Source: Candidatus Obscuribacteraceae bacterium | GTDB taxonomy: Bacteria; Cyanobacteriota; Vampirovibrionia; Obscuribacterales; Obscuribacteraceae | NCBI GenBank assembly: GCA_044229845.1 | Contig: JBGASG010000002.1 | Span: 512,001 to 576,000 of the forward strand | Direction: 5' to 3' | DNA length: 64,000 nucleotides | Part shown: positions 30,675-40,430 of the stretch, in pieces | How the letters are laid out: every line of letters begins with the position of its first letter | Numbering within the stretch: position 1 is the first letter of the stretch | The notes under the pieces: generated by a model | The model's database searches: none | What the model was told of the DNA's origin: nothing | The model's input: the letters and a program-made list of their open reading frames with translations, nothing else | Position numbers and translations under genes: made by a program

Positions 30675-32549
30675 TTGATTTCCGAGATGCCCAGTAGGAC
30701 CAGACCGCCCGAGGTATCTCCGCCACGCCAGCCGACGACCTTCCGTCGCCAACCACGTTCTCCCCGATGGCGGCTGCGCCTCTGGGAGGTTTTGCTCTTC
30801 ATTGGTCTGTTTGCGATCTTCTGCCGCCTGTTCTATCTGCAAATCATTGTCGGACCCGACCTCACAAAGCGCGCCACCGTCCAGCGCCAGCAAACTAATT
30901 TACTTATACACCGCGGTGCCATCACGGACCGGCATGGTTTGCCGCTCGCCATTGATACCACCCGGTACGATATATACATCCATCCAGGACTGCTGAAAGT
31001 CTCTACCGAACAGGCGGTCGATCAGTTTTCGCGCATCACCAAAGTCAATCGCGAAAAGGTGAAGCGACTGCTTACCTCTGATTGGCCGGTCGTCACCCTC
31101 GCTCGCCACCTGGGACGCGAAGAGGTCGATGAACTGCAGGCACTCAACTGGACCGGCATCGATATAGTTCCGCGTTCGTTCCGCCACTACCCGGAAGCAA
31201 AACTGGCGGCGCACATTCTCGGATACGTCAACTTCGACACGCACGGACAGGGTGGTATCGAGCAAGCCGAAGAAGACATGCTGCAGGACACGGGCAATCT
31301 GCAGAAGCCACAATTAGACGGACACGGACGCCCGATTCTCACGGGCGGCAACGGGCAGGTGGCTGAGATTACACCACCGATGGGACGTCACGTTGAGCTG
31401 ACTATCGACAATTACTTGCAGCACCTGGCCGAAAAAGAGCTGACCGCCATGTGCTCCCACGCGCACGCGCAGCGCGGCACCGTCTTGATTACCAACCCGA
31501 CCACCGGCGAGATTCTCGCCTGGGCCAACTGGCCGCGCTATGATCCAAACGAATATCATAAGTATCCTTTTGAAGTGACTAAGAACTGGGCGATGGTCGA
31601 CGTCTACCAGCCCGGCTCGACCTTCAAGATATTGACCGTTTCTTCCGGACTGGATACGGGCGTCATCAAGCCCAACACCACGTTCGTCGACAACGGCACC
31701 ATCAGCATCGGCAACCGCACGCTGCACAACCACGACGGTGGCTTCGGCACCATCGATCTGCTGCATCTATTCATTCACTCCAGCAACGTCGCGTCGGCTC
31801 AAATAGGTCTGCGCATGACACCCAAGCAGTTCTACGACAAGCTCTGGGAATTCGGTCTGGGTCATCCGACCGGTATCGATCTGCCGGGCGAATCGTCGGG
31901 ACTTTTGACCAACTGGAAAAAGTGGCAGCCAATCGACCAGGCGACCACCGGATTTGGACAGGGCGCCATGGCAGTCACGCCACTGCAATTGGTGGCAGCC
32001 GTCGGTGCCGTCGCCAACCGCGGTGTCTGGGTGCAACCGCACTTGATTCGCCGTATTTACGATCCCAAGAGCGGTGTCACCGAGAAGTGGACGATTCCCG
32101 AGAAACACCGAGTGATCAAAGAAGAAACCGCCACACTGGTTTGCCACTTGCTGGGCGAAAACATCGCCCTTGGTTCGCAGATAGCCGGTCAGGTGCCCGG
32201 TTATCGAGTGGGCGGCAAGACCGGCACTGCGCAAAAACCCAATGCCGGCGGACGCGGATATCAATCTGGGCAAACGATTGCCTCCTTCATCGGTTTCCTG
32301 CCTGCAGAAAATGCTCAGCTGCTCTGCATCGCCATCGTAGACGGACCACAGACAGACGGACGCTGGGGTAACACGGTGGCCGGACCGGTCTTCAACTCTA
32401 TTGTTCTGGACGCGGCTCGCTATCTGGGACTGCCCACCACGACCAACCCGGAAAATAACAAGAAGAAGGCAGCGGATTTAACACCGCCTTCCATAAAATA
32501 CGCTGGAGAGGTCCACGAGACCGAGAAGGATAAGGAACTCCGGCAGTGA
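30675..32549 (+). CDS. ftsI: class B penicillin-binding protein (FtsI/PBP3-like)
   Basis: RGAITDRHG, PGSTFK (SxxK), SSN, KTGT. Confidence 0.88.
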   Translation: MISEMPSRTRPPEVSPPRQPTTFRRQPRSPRWRLRLWEVLLFIGLFAIFCRLFYLQIIVGPDLTKRATVQRQQTNLLIHRGAITDRHGLPLAIDTTRYDIYIHPGLLKVSTEQAVDQFSRITKVNREKVKRLLTSDWPVVTLARHLGREEVDELQALNWTGIDIVPRSFRHYPEAKLAAHILGYVNFDTHGQGGIEQAEEDMLQDTGNLQKPQLDGHGRPILTGGNGQVAEITPPMGRHVELTIDNYLQHLAEKELTAMCSHAHAQRGTVLITNPTTGEILAWANWPRYDPNEYHKYPFEVTKNWAMVDVYQPGSTFKILTVSSGLDTGVIKPNTTFVDNGTISIGNRTLHNHDGGFGTIDLLHLFIHSSNVASAQIGLRMTPKQFYDKLWEFGLGHPTGIDLPGESSGLLTNWKKWQPIDQATTGFGQGAMAVTPLQLVAAVGAVANRGVWVQPHLIRRIYDPKSGVTEKWTIPEKHRVIKEETATLVCHLLGENIALGSQIAGQVPGYRVGGKTGTAQKPNAGGRGYQSGQTIASFIGFLPAENAQLLCIAIVDGPQTDGRWGNTVAGPVFNSIVLDAARYLGLPTTTNPENNKKKAADLTPPSIKYAGEVHETEKDKELRQ

Positions 32550-34276
32550 CCGACATCCAGCCCGAGCAATCGATTCCGAACCGGAAGCCCAGCATGGCGA
32601 AGACGTTCGGAATAGTCGCCGTGCTCACCGTGCTCTCCAAATTCGCCGGACTGGCCCGCGACATCATGGTGGCACGCGCCTACGGAACCGGCGTCATCTC
32701 CGACGCATACAACTACGCCTACATGTTCACCGGCAATATCCTTATATTGCTGGGCGGGCTCGGTGGTCCCTTCCATGCCTGCACAGTGTCGGTGGTCGGA
32801 CACCACAAGGACGACAAGGACGCAGGTGTGCTGGTCACGCAGGTGATGGCGATCACGATTCTGGTGATGGCGGCGGCCACCGTCGCAGTCTATTTGATCG
32901 GTCATCTCTGGCTCGTCCCTAAATTCGCCGCTGAGTACAAGAACAAAGACGGTCAACTGGTGCCGGCGGTGCAACAGGCACTCGCCACCTCCACCCTGCA
33001 GCAACTGGACATCATGCTGCCGATGATCGTGATCGCCGGTGTCATTGGTGTCATATATGGTGTGCTGAATATTTTCAACAAGGTCGCCTGGCCGTCCATC
33101 TCTCCCGCCATTGCTTCGCTGGCGATTATCATCGCGCTTGTTTTGTTCAACGACCCGCACTCCGGAATACCGCTGGCCATAGGGACTCTAGCCGGCGCTG
33201 TCGGGCAATTGCTCGTGCAGCTGCCGGCATTCTTCACCTCCGGGTTCAATTATTCGTTGACGTTCAAGCCACATCCCGATTTGAAGAAATACTTGTGGAT
33301 GCTGTTTCCTGCCATTCTGGGCACACAGATCGGACAGATCACGGTCTATGTCGACAGCGGCTTTGCCAACATGACCGGATCAGGCTCGTGGACTGCCATC
33401 GTCAACGCTAACCGACTCATACAGTTGCCGCTCGGCGTGCTGCTCACAGCCATGCTGGTGCCGGTGCAACCGAGATTTACGGAACACGTCAAAGAAGAGC
33501 GCCTCGATGAGCTCAAAGACGATATTCGTCGGGCGCTGCGTGTGCTCTGGTTTCTCGGATTGCCTCTCAGTGCCGTGCTGCTGGCGCTGCCCGGCGAGAT
33601 TCTCACAGTGCTTTTCCAGCGCGGAGAATGGACCGACTACTCGACATGGGTGACGGCAGCGGCCCTGATATTACTGGTGCCATCGATCTTCTTCTACCTG
33701 GCACGCGATCTGGTGACACGCGTCTTCTACGCTTACCACGACTCCCGCTCGCCTTTCATCGTTGCGTCCATAGCCATTCTCATCAAGTACGCTCTGGACT
33801 ATGCGCTGGTTGTGATCGTGGCGCCGATGCTGGCGCCGTCCCTTTATCAGTACATGGGGGCTCAACTGCCATTCGAAGCGCACGGGCAGACTATCGAAAC
33901 AGCAAGGCAGGCAACCGCCCTAGCCATCTGTGGAGTGGCCGGAGTGTCGCTGGCTACGACGCTCATGACTTTGATCAACCTGGCGTTTTTGACGGCGCTG
34001 ATGAGAAAGAAGATCGGCCTTCTGGGTTTCCGCAAATTAGTCGGACCGGCGACGATCATGGTGTCGGCCTCGGCCCTCTGTTTCATCACCACATTCGGTG
34101 CCTACCGCGGCATCGAGCATCTGCTCCCCGCCAATCACATTTGCATGTTGATCAACATAGCGATGTCTTCAGCAGTCGGCATGCTTGTTTATGTGGGCAT
34201 CTGCCTGGCGGGTAAACTGGACGAACCGCGGACGGTGGCACGCCGGCTGCCCTTCGTCAAGCGCCTGGTCCCTTAG
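32546..34276 (+). CDS. murJ: lipid II flippase
   Basis: LSKFAGLARD, ANRLIQLPLG, LFQRG, many TM helices. Confidence 0.93.
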   Translation: MTDIQPEQSIPNRKPSMAKTFGIVAVLTVLSKFAGLARDIMVARAYGTGVISDAYNYAYMFTGNILILLGGLGGPFHACTVSVVGHHKDDKDAGVLVTQVMAITILVMAAATVAVYLIGHLWLVPKFAAEYKNKDGQLVPAVQQALATSTLQQLDIMLPMIVIAGVIGVIYGVLNIFNKVAWPSISPAIASLAIIIALVLFNDPHSGIPLAIGTLAGAVGQLLVQLPAFFTSGFNYSLTFKPHPDLKKYLWMLFPAILGTQIGQITVYVDSGFANMTGSGSWTAIVNANRLIQLPLGVLLTAMLVPVQPRFTEHVKEERLDELKDDIRRALRVLWFLGLPLSAVLLALPGEILTVLFQRGEWTDYSTWVTAAALILLVPSIFFYLARDLVTRVFYAYHDSRSPFIVASIAILIKYALDYALVVIVAPMLAPSLYQYMGAQLPFEAHGQTIETARQATALAICGVAGVSLATTLMTLINLAFLTALMRKKIGLLGFRKLVGPATIMVSASALCFITTFGAYRGIEHLLPANHICMLINIAMSSAVGMLVYVGICLAGKLDEPRTVARRLPFVKRLVP

Positions 34277-35189
34277 GTGCAGTCCCCGACCTGGTCATCT
34301 GCTCTTTTAAGTCTTCGCCTTCCAGATCAACGCGCAAATAGTAATGCAGAAGCACACCGGCGATCGCCAGCGACGAAAAAAACAGCGCCGCGATCGGTGT
34401 CAGAAAACAGGCATCGATGAACGCACAACCTACCCCGGCTACTTCGCGCGCGCCGCCTTTGAGAAGATCGGCAAACGCTTCCAGCGATTGAACGGCGCCC
34501 ACCGGCACCGAAAGTAAGTAATAGACGACGGTCAGCAAAATCACGAAGGGAACCAACCCGCCGGTAGGGCTGAAAACCAGGTGGAGGAAACGTTTCATCG
34601 CTCGCCAGAGAGAAAGTTTCTCACACACAATAATCGCCATGAAGAAAGCGTTCAGCGAACAGCCCATCAAGTAAGGAAACGAGAGCAGCATGTAGAGGAC
34701 CATGAGGACGAGCCCAACCACTTCGGCAATTCCCGAGGGCAACAGGTTGACGTGCCTCTCGACAGATTCAACAATCGCTCCACACCCCGCCGCCACCGAA
34801 GTAACGATCAAGTCACCAACAATCACAGGCAGCATCAAAACAGCTGCCAGCAACCACTTCTTAGCGGCCATGTCGACACCGGCCCGCAAGTCGGCAGCCT
34901 GCTCGCTCACGAAGTATTGCAACGCCAACATTCGCTGCCCGATGACGACTTTGGAAACCACGTCTGCCACCACAGCCAGTGCAAGCATCGAGGAAAGCAG
35001 TGCTTCGGGATAACCCGACCAGAGATGCTCGCACACCCAGTAAATGACTTCGCTCGCCAGGTTATTGATGAACGCCGGCACCATGAATAGAAACAGGCAG
35101 GTCCGCCAGTGCTGGCGCGTGATCTTGAACGCGCGACCGGCCAGGTCGGCGGCAGTAGCGGGTATCTCCGGCACGCTGATTATGCTCAT
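34257..35189 (-). CDS. hypothetical polytopic membrane protein
   Basis: Multiple TM helices; ends RVDLEGEDL; paralog of 35186..36082. Confidence 0.7.
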   Translation of the reverse strand: MSIISVPEIPATAADLAGRAFKITRQHWRTCLFLFMVPAFINNLASEVIYWVCEHLWSGYPEALLSSMLALAVVADVVSKVVIGQRMLALQYFVSEQAADLRAGVDMAAKKWLLAAVLMLPVIVGDLIVTSVAAGCGAIVESVERHVNLLPSGIAEVVGLVLMVLYMLLSFPYLMGCSLNAFFMAIIVCEKLSLWRAMKRFLHLVFSPTGGLVPFVILLTVVYYLLSVPVGAVQSLEAFADLLKGGAREVAGVGCAFIDACFLTPIAALFFSSLAIAGVLLHYYLRVDLEGEDLKEQMTRSGTAPKGPGA

Positions 35190-36082
35190 CGCCGTAGTTT
35201 ACTTAACTTGTTCTGCAAATCTGCACCTTCCAGAACCACACCGGATTGATAGTCGAGATAGGCGCCCGAGAGCGGCACCGTCGCATAAACGAAAGCGCCC
35301 ACCGGCGCCTCCAGACAACTACTGATAAAGGCAGTGACAAAGACAAGAAATTCTCGCGCCTGTCCACTGAAAAGCGCGGGCACCATCTCCACCAATCCAA
35401 TTAATGTGGCGCTCAGGGAAATCGCAAAATAGACGATTACAGAAAGAACCGTATAGCCTATGACGAATCCCGTCCAGCGCGTCAACACATAAGCGAAGCG
35501 ACGCATGGCTTGCACGACGGTCAAGTTTCTGCGGATGATCAGCGCAATGAAAAAGCCGTTCAAAACACAAGTGGCCAGATACGGGAACGCCATCAGCAAG
35601 TACGCGTAGTAGAGCAGCGCCGCCGTCATCTGGTTGGATTGCGAATGAATAGTCGCCAGATAACCGCATGAAAGCGCCGTCTCGGTCAGATCGCCAACCA
35701 CCACCGGCGCGATCAAGAGAGCCGCTAAACCGTACTTTCTTCTGGACAGACTCATGGCGGCACCCAGGTCTTGCGCATGCCCACTCAGGAGATATTGTAC
35801 GGCTATGTAGCGAACACAGATGGACAGCTTCGTGAGCGCCAGGATCAGCAAGCAAAAGCACGCCAGGAAAACTAACCAGCCACCGGACACTTTTGCCGAG
35901 TGACCGGCTATCCACGTCAATACGCTGCGCGCCACTTCATACAGAAAAGACGGCACCACAAAGAGCATTATCAGCGGCTTCCAGTTGAGGCGCGTGTTTC
36001 TGAAGTAGCGCCCGACTAAATCAGCAGCCGTAAAAGGTAAGTCTGGCAGCTCCAGCTCCCAAACCGCCTGTGGTGGCATCAT
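35186..36082 (-). CDS. hypothetical polytopic membrane protein
   Basis: PFTAADLVGR...VLEGADL; 4-bp overlap with its paralog. Confidence 0.7.
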   Translation of the reverse strand: MMPPQAVWELELPDLPFTAADLVGRYFRNTRLNWKPLIMLFVVPSFLYEVARSVLTWIAGHSAKVSGGWLVFLACFCLLILALTKLSICVRYIAVQYLLSGHAQDLGAAMSLSRRKYGLAALLIAPVVVGDLTETALSCGYLATIHSQSNQMTAALLYYAYLLMAFPYLATCVLNGFFIALIIRRNLTVVQAMRRFAYVLTRWTGFVIGYTVLSVIVYFAISLSATLIGLVEMVPALFSGQAREFLVFVTAFISSCLEAPVGAFVYATVPLSGAYLDYQSGVVLEGADLQNKLSKLRR

Positions 36083-36089
36083 TTACTGA

Positions 36090-36350
36090 TTACTGTTGCT
36101 GCGTGTGCGGATAGAGCGCCGGCAATTCGTAGACGTTGTCGCGACGGCGCGGGAATCTGCCTTCCGTGGAGATGACGTTATCTTTCGGAGGCGCCCACTT
36201 CTGGGAATCACGACGCCAGCTGTAAACAGCCCAGATTGCGCCGGCAACGGCGAAACCGAGCAGGACTGTTTGCCAGCTTGCAGTGTACAACGCGGCACAG
36301 ATTGCAAGCACGCCAACAAGAGCACCGACAGTGTAGAGATGACACCGCAT
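36090..36350 (-). CDS. small two-TM hypothetical protein
   Basis: MRCHLYTVGALVGVLAI..., ends 7 bp before the next gene's start. Confidence 0.55.
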   Translation of the reverse strand: MRCHLYTVGALVGVLAICAALYTASWQTVLLGFAVAGAIWAVYSWRRDSQKWAPPKDNVISTEGRFPRRRDNVYELPALYPHTQQQ

Positions 36351-36568
36351 GGGAATGCCTCGGCGAGGAGAGTAAGTCAAATTGTAAGAAGCTGCATATA
36401 CAATACACCGCAACGAGATATTGCGGCCGCTTGAAAAGCAAAATTTATTTGGAGATTATCTGCTGCACGGCTGATGCATAGCCGCTCGACGCCCGTCCGA
36501 TATATCAAGCACGCCAAGACGCATGTCTATCGATCTTCGGCGAGCCGGTCGGACAGCCGGTCCTCCAA

Positions 36569-37375
36569 CTATTTCTGTTCGGAGGTGTCTTCTGTCGGCT
36601 GCTGAGATCCAAAGCGTTTGCTGGACTTGGTGACGCTTTCGTAAGTCGCCGCTCCAGTGTCAGCGGAGGGTTCGGCGCTGGCGTCCGGTGCAGCTGCCGC
36701 ATCGCCGCCGGAGGGCAATGACTTGCTGCCGCCGCTGCTCCAGGATTGAGCGCCGGCAGATCCGGCTTGCGGAATGTCTTTAGCCGGGACGGCTCCCGTG
36801 GGGGCAGCTTCGGCTTCAGGCGCAGGCGCAGCTGCCGGAGCCGGCTCTGCCGCTGGGGTACCGCCACCACCCCCGGTATCACCATCGGGTGTCAGAACGT
36901 TGTTCATTTTGGCGCTTTGCCAGAGGCTGCCGTCGGCATACTTAACTTGCAGCGTGCGCACTTTCACGGCTTGCACGCGGGGGTCGACCCTTTCGCCCCG
37001 CCACTTTTGCGAGGCGGTACCGCCGGGACTGAGGACGTTGCCGTCCGGCGCATGGAAGGTACCGCGCACTTTGCCCTGGGCATCTATGTAGCCGACCCGG
37101 AACTTGACGGCATTGATCACCCGATCCCCGGAATTGCGGTAGTCAAGGTAAACTCGGGCGGCGATCGGTGTATCAAAAGAGTCAACTTCCAGATCAACTT
37201 TTGCGCTGGTCACTTCCACTGGACAGCCAGGCTCAGGTATAAATTCTGAAGTAACCGTCTTCAGCTGTGGAGTGGTCTGAGCCCAGACATCCCCCGAACC
37301 AGCTGCAAAACAGGCAACCGACAGGAAGGACAAAATTACTTTGATAGCCGCCAGACTGATCGCCCTTTTAGCCAT
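36569..37375 (-). CDS. exported hypothetical protein (beta-rich domain plus Ala/Pro linker)
   Basis: ATG 37375 with AGGAGG 9 nt upstream; signal peptide ending VWA-Q. Confidence 0.65.
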   Translation of the reverse strand: MAKRAISLAAIKVILSFLSVACFAAGSGDVWAQTTPQLKTVTSEFIPEPGCPVEVTSAKVDLEVDSFDTPIAARVYLDYRNSGDRVINAVKFRVGYIDAQGKVRGTFHAPDGNVLSPGGTASQKWRGERVDPRVQAVKVRTLQVKYADGSLWQSAKMNNVLTPDGDTGGGGGTPAAEPAPAAAPAPEAEAAPTGAVPAKDIPQAGSAGAQSWSSGGSKSLPSGGDAAAAPDASAEPSADTGAATYESVTKSSKRFGSQQPTEDTSEQK

Positions 37376-38942
37376 TGCTTTCTGCCTCCTGTTGCCGGGC
37401 GCTGTGTACGCCGAAACGGCTACCTCGCCGCAGGCCTCTGGTTCCTCTAATTCCACAGCAGACCTGACTTTTACCATTTTGCATACGAACGACCTGCACG
37501 CCCACGATAGCTCATTTATGGAAAAGGGCCACTTGGTCGGCGGCATTGCGCGCATCGCGTCTTTGATCAAAGAAATCCGAGGAAACACGAAAAACGTCGT
37601 CGTCGTAGATGCCGGGGACATTTTTCAGGGGACACCCTTTTTTAAGTTGTATCACGGCCAGGTCGAAGTTGATATGTTGAATGCCGCCGGATACGACGTC
37701 TACACCATCGGCAACCATGAATTCGATGACGGGGCTCGCAACCTTGCCGAGCGATTGAAGTCAGCCAAGTTCGATATTGTCTCGGCCAACCTGGATGCCT
37801 CAGCGCTCCCCGACCTGGCAAAGCTGGTCAAACCCTCAGTCGTAAAGACCATTAACGGCAAAAAGGTCGCCTTCATCGGCGGCATCACTCCCCGCCTGCC
37901 GGAGGTCGCCCTCAATCTGGAAGGCGTCAAAGTCAAAGCGATGGGCGCCGAATGGATGCAGCCCTTCAAAGATGAGGCAAAGCGATTGAAGGCTGAGGGC
38001 GTCGATAAGATCGTGCTGGTCAGTCACATCGGCGTCGAGATGGAGAAGCCGCTCGCCCAAGAAGTGCCCGAACTGGATGTGATCATCGGCGGACACAGCC
38101 ATACGCGCCTCGACCAACCGATTATCGTGCAGCGACCAGATGGCTCTTCCTGCGCCATCGTGCAAGCCTGGTGCTACGGGCGCATGCTGGGCAGGCTGCA
38201 AATTTCGTTCGACAAGCAAGGCAACCTGATTCTCTCTGACCTCAACTATCACTTGATTCCAATCACCGACAGTATCGTTGAAGAACCGGCGATGAAAGCC
38301 GAGCTGCTCAAGAAGGGTAAGCCATTTCGTTCGCAAGAGCGCACCATATGCGGTGTGGCGATGGGCGGGTTTCCAAATCACTTCCGCAACTGCTGGTCCG
38401 ACTCGGCAATCGGCGACCTGATAACCGACTCGCTTGTCGACGCCGGCAAAAAATACGGCGCCACCATCGGGCTGCAGAACCGCGGCGGCATTCGCGGCGG
38501 CATTGACGAAGGCACCATTTCCCAGTCGAAGGTGGAGGAAGTGCTGCCGTTCGACAACCGGCTGGTCTTCGCCACGGTTAAAGGCAGCGTGCTTCTGAAA
38601 GCTCTAGAACACGGGCTGTGCAACGAATTCTCAGGCGGGCGTTTTCTGGATGTTTCAGGGCTGAAAGTCGAATACGACCGCAAAGCACCAGCGCAGCATA
38701 AACTGGTCTCAGTGAAGACCCTCACTCCGGCAGGCAAGTGGGAAGATGTGGAGCCGGACAAGCTCTACAAAATCGCCGTCAACGACTTCACATTCAAAGG
38801 CGGCGAGGGCTTCGACTTTTCCAGTGCCACCAATGTTTTCCAAACGCAAAAGCGCCTCTCGGTGTTTTTCATGAACTACCTGGTGAAAAACAAAAAGGTG
38901 ACTCCCTGCCCGGGCACGCGCATCACTCCAGTGCACGAATAG
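37341..38942 (+). CDS. exported 5'-nucleotidase / bifunctional metallophosphatase (UshA-like)
   Basis: ILHTNDLH, DAGDIFQG, GNHEFD, GGHSH, NRGGIRG, LPFDN. Confidence 0.93.
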   Translation: MIAARLIALLAIAFCLLLPGAVYAETATSPQASGSSNSTADLTFTILHTNDLHAHDSSFMEKGHLVGGIARIASLIKEIRGNTKNVVVVDAGDIFQGTPFFKLYHGQVEVDMLNAAGYDVYTIGNHEFDDGARNLAERLKSAKFDIVSANLDASALPDLAKLVKPSVVKTINGKKVAFIGGITPRLPEVALNLEGVKVKAMGAEWMQPFKDEAKRLKAEGVDKIVLVSHIGVEMEKPLAQEVPELDVIIGGHSHTRLDQPIIVQRPDGSSCAIVQAWCYGRMLGRLQISFDKQGNLILSDLNYHLIPITDSIVEEPAMKAELLKKGKPFRSQERTICGVAMGGFPNHFRNCWSDSAIGDLITDSLVDAGKKYGATIGLQNRGGIRGGIDEGTISQSKVEEVLPFDNRLVFATVKGSVLLKALEHGLCNEFSGGRFLDVSGLKVEYDRKAPAQHKLVSVKTLTPAGKWEDVEPDKLYKIAVNDFTFKGGEGFDFSSATNVFQTQKRLSVFFMNYLVKNKKVTPCPGTRITPVHE

Positions 38943-39894
38943 AACTCTTGCCCGACAATGTCTGCCCCAGCCGGTTCTGCACGAAAGCCAGGGCTCGGCG
39001 GATGTCGGCGCCGCTAACGAATGAAATGAAACTGCCCATCATCACCCACTCAAAGAGCGGAATGTTCATGGTCCAGTCGATGCTCAGGTGCATGACTATC
39101 GCCGCCAGCAAGACGAAGTAACGCAGCTCCTTCACCCAGATCAGCGTGAAAAGCGAAAACTCGATCAGGAGCGTGCCCCAGGTAAGCATCTTGATCGTCC
39201 AGAGATGCTCGAATACGTACGGAATACTGAATTTGGAAAACTCCACCAGGTGCGATGTGTAGTAGACGGCGGTGCCGTCCAGCCATGATTCGCCGCGCAG
39301 TTTAGCCCAGAAGGTCTGGTAGTAAATGGCACAGACCTGCAACTGAATCAAGCGCGTCACCCACCGCGGCCACACAGGATCGCCAAATTCATCGCGCGGC
39401 ATATCGTCGGCGCCGTCTCTTCTCAGGCGCTTCCACAACACTTTGTCCAGCGAGAGCATCTTGTTGCAGGGAGAAAAGAGCAGCAAAAACATCAGCACCC
39501 GCAAAAACGTGTCACCGCTGTGCATGATCAGCGGGCAATCATGAGCGAAAGAAACCAGACAAACGACAAGCACCAGCAAACTGAGGCGGGTGAGCAGACC
39601 CAGCGTCAACGCCATCGCCGCCACAGCGGTTACGACCAAGGCACCGGTGGCGGTGCTGTCGCTCCTCGGCAAAACCTCAAAGACATTGAGCACCGTAAAG
39701 CCGAACCAGTCATCTCCGCCGGCAGTCGGCATCATCCGATGGGTACCGTAAAAGTTAGCCACCTCGGGCGCCAACAAGCTGCACCAGATGATCGTCACCA
39801 CCCCTAGATAGATACGCAGCAAACAAACAGGCAATACGGAATCTGGTGCAAACCAGAATTTATTCCACGCTTCAAGTAATTGCTTGATTGTCAT
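38923..39894 (-). CDS. HTTM domain membrane protein (SdpB-like)
   Basis: WNKFWF, HSGDTFLR, LSLD, LIQLQVCAIY...KLRGESWLDGTAVYY, MHLSI. Confidence 0.85.
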   Translation of the reverse strand: MTIKQLLEAWNKFWFAPDSVLPVCLLRIYLGVVTIIWCSLLAPEVANFYGTHRMMPTAGGDDWFGFTVLNVFEVLPRSDSTATGALVVTAVAAMALTLGLLTRLSLLVLVVCLVSFAHDCPLIMHSGDTFLRVLMFLLLFSPCNKMLSLDKVLWKRLRRDGADDMPRDEFGDPVWPRWVTRLIQLQVCAIYYQTFWAKLRGESWLDGTAVYYTSHLVEFSKFSIPYVFEHLWTIKMLTWGTLLIEFSLFTLIWVKELRYFVLLAAIVMHLSIDWTMNIPLFEWVMMGSFISFVSGADIRRALAFVQNRLGQTLSGKSSIRALE

Positions 39895-40430
39895 TGCAAA
39901 TCTGCCGGCACAACCTTGTAGGTGAAAAACTCGACTGTCCGCTCTTGAGGCTTCTCAGCTGTGCCGTCCAGGGCTTTCCGAGCATCAGGCAGATACCAGA
40001 AACAGCGTTTCAAATGCACCGCCACAGGCGTGCCGCCGTGTTGCGTCTTCTCCTGCCGCGCTACATGTCGCGCCAGGTCCGGCCAGAGTTTCTTGTACTT
40101 CTCCCAATTCAGATAATCGAGACCGAGCTTGCGGTACCGCTCTTTAACCACACGCTCGGGATATGGCAGCTTCTCCATCTGCGGATAGTTCCACACAGAG
40201 GTCTGCCCGTCGGCATACTGAACCTCCGCCAGCAACCGAATATTCGCTCTTCTCACATCAGGCGAGAAGACTTCGTAGTTTTGCCAGAGCCCGAGAAACA
40301 TGATGGTGGGCTCGACATCGACAAGGACGTTGCGCACCCAGCGGGAGTGCGGTTGCAGATAGCACCAGATGGCGCTCACATAGAGCAGGATGAAAACGGA
40401 GATGACAGCCCTGGGAATTACTATCTTCAC
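39891..40430 (-). CDS. SdpA/DUF5819-like membrane-anchored protein
   Basis: N-terminal TM helix and GLWQNYEVFSP (QxWxxFxP-like); coupled to the HTTM gene. Confidence 0.6.
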   Translation of the reverse strand: MKIVIPRAVISVFILLYVSAIWCYLQPHSRWVRNVLVDVEPTIMFLGLWQNYEVFSPDVRRANIRLLAEVQYADGQTSVWNYPQMEKLPYPERVVKERYRKLGLDYLNWEKYKKLWPDLARHVARQEKTQHGGTPVAVHLKRCFWYLPDARKALDGTAEKPQERTVEFFTYKVVPADLQ

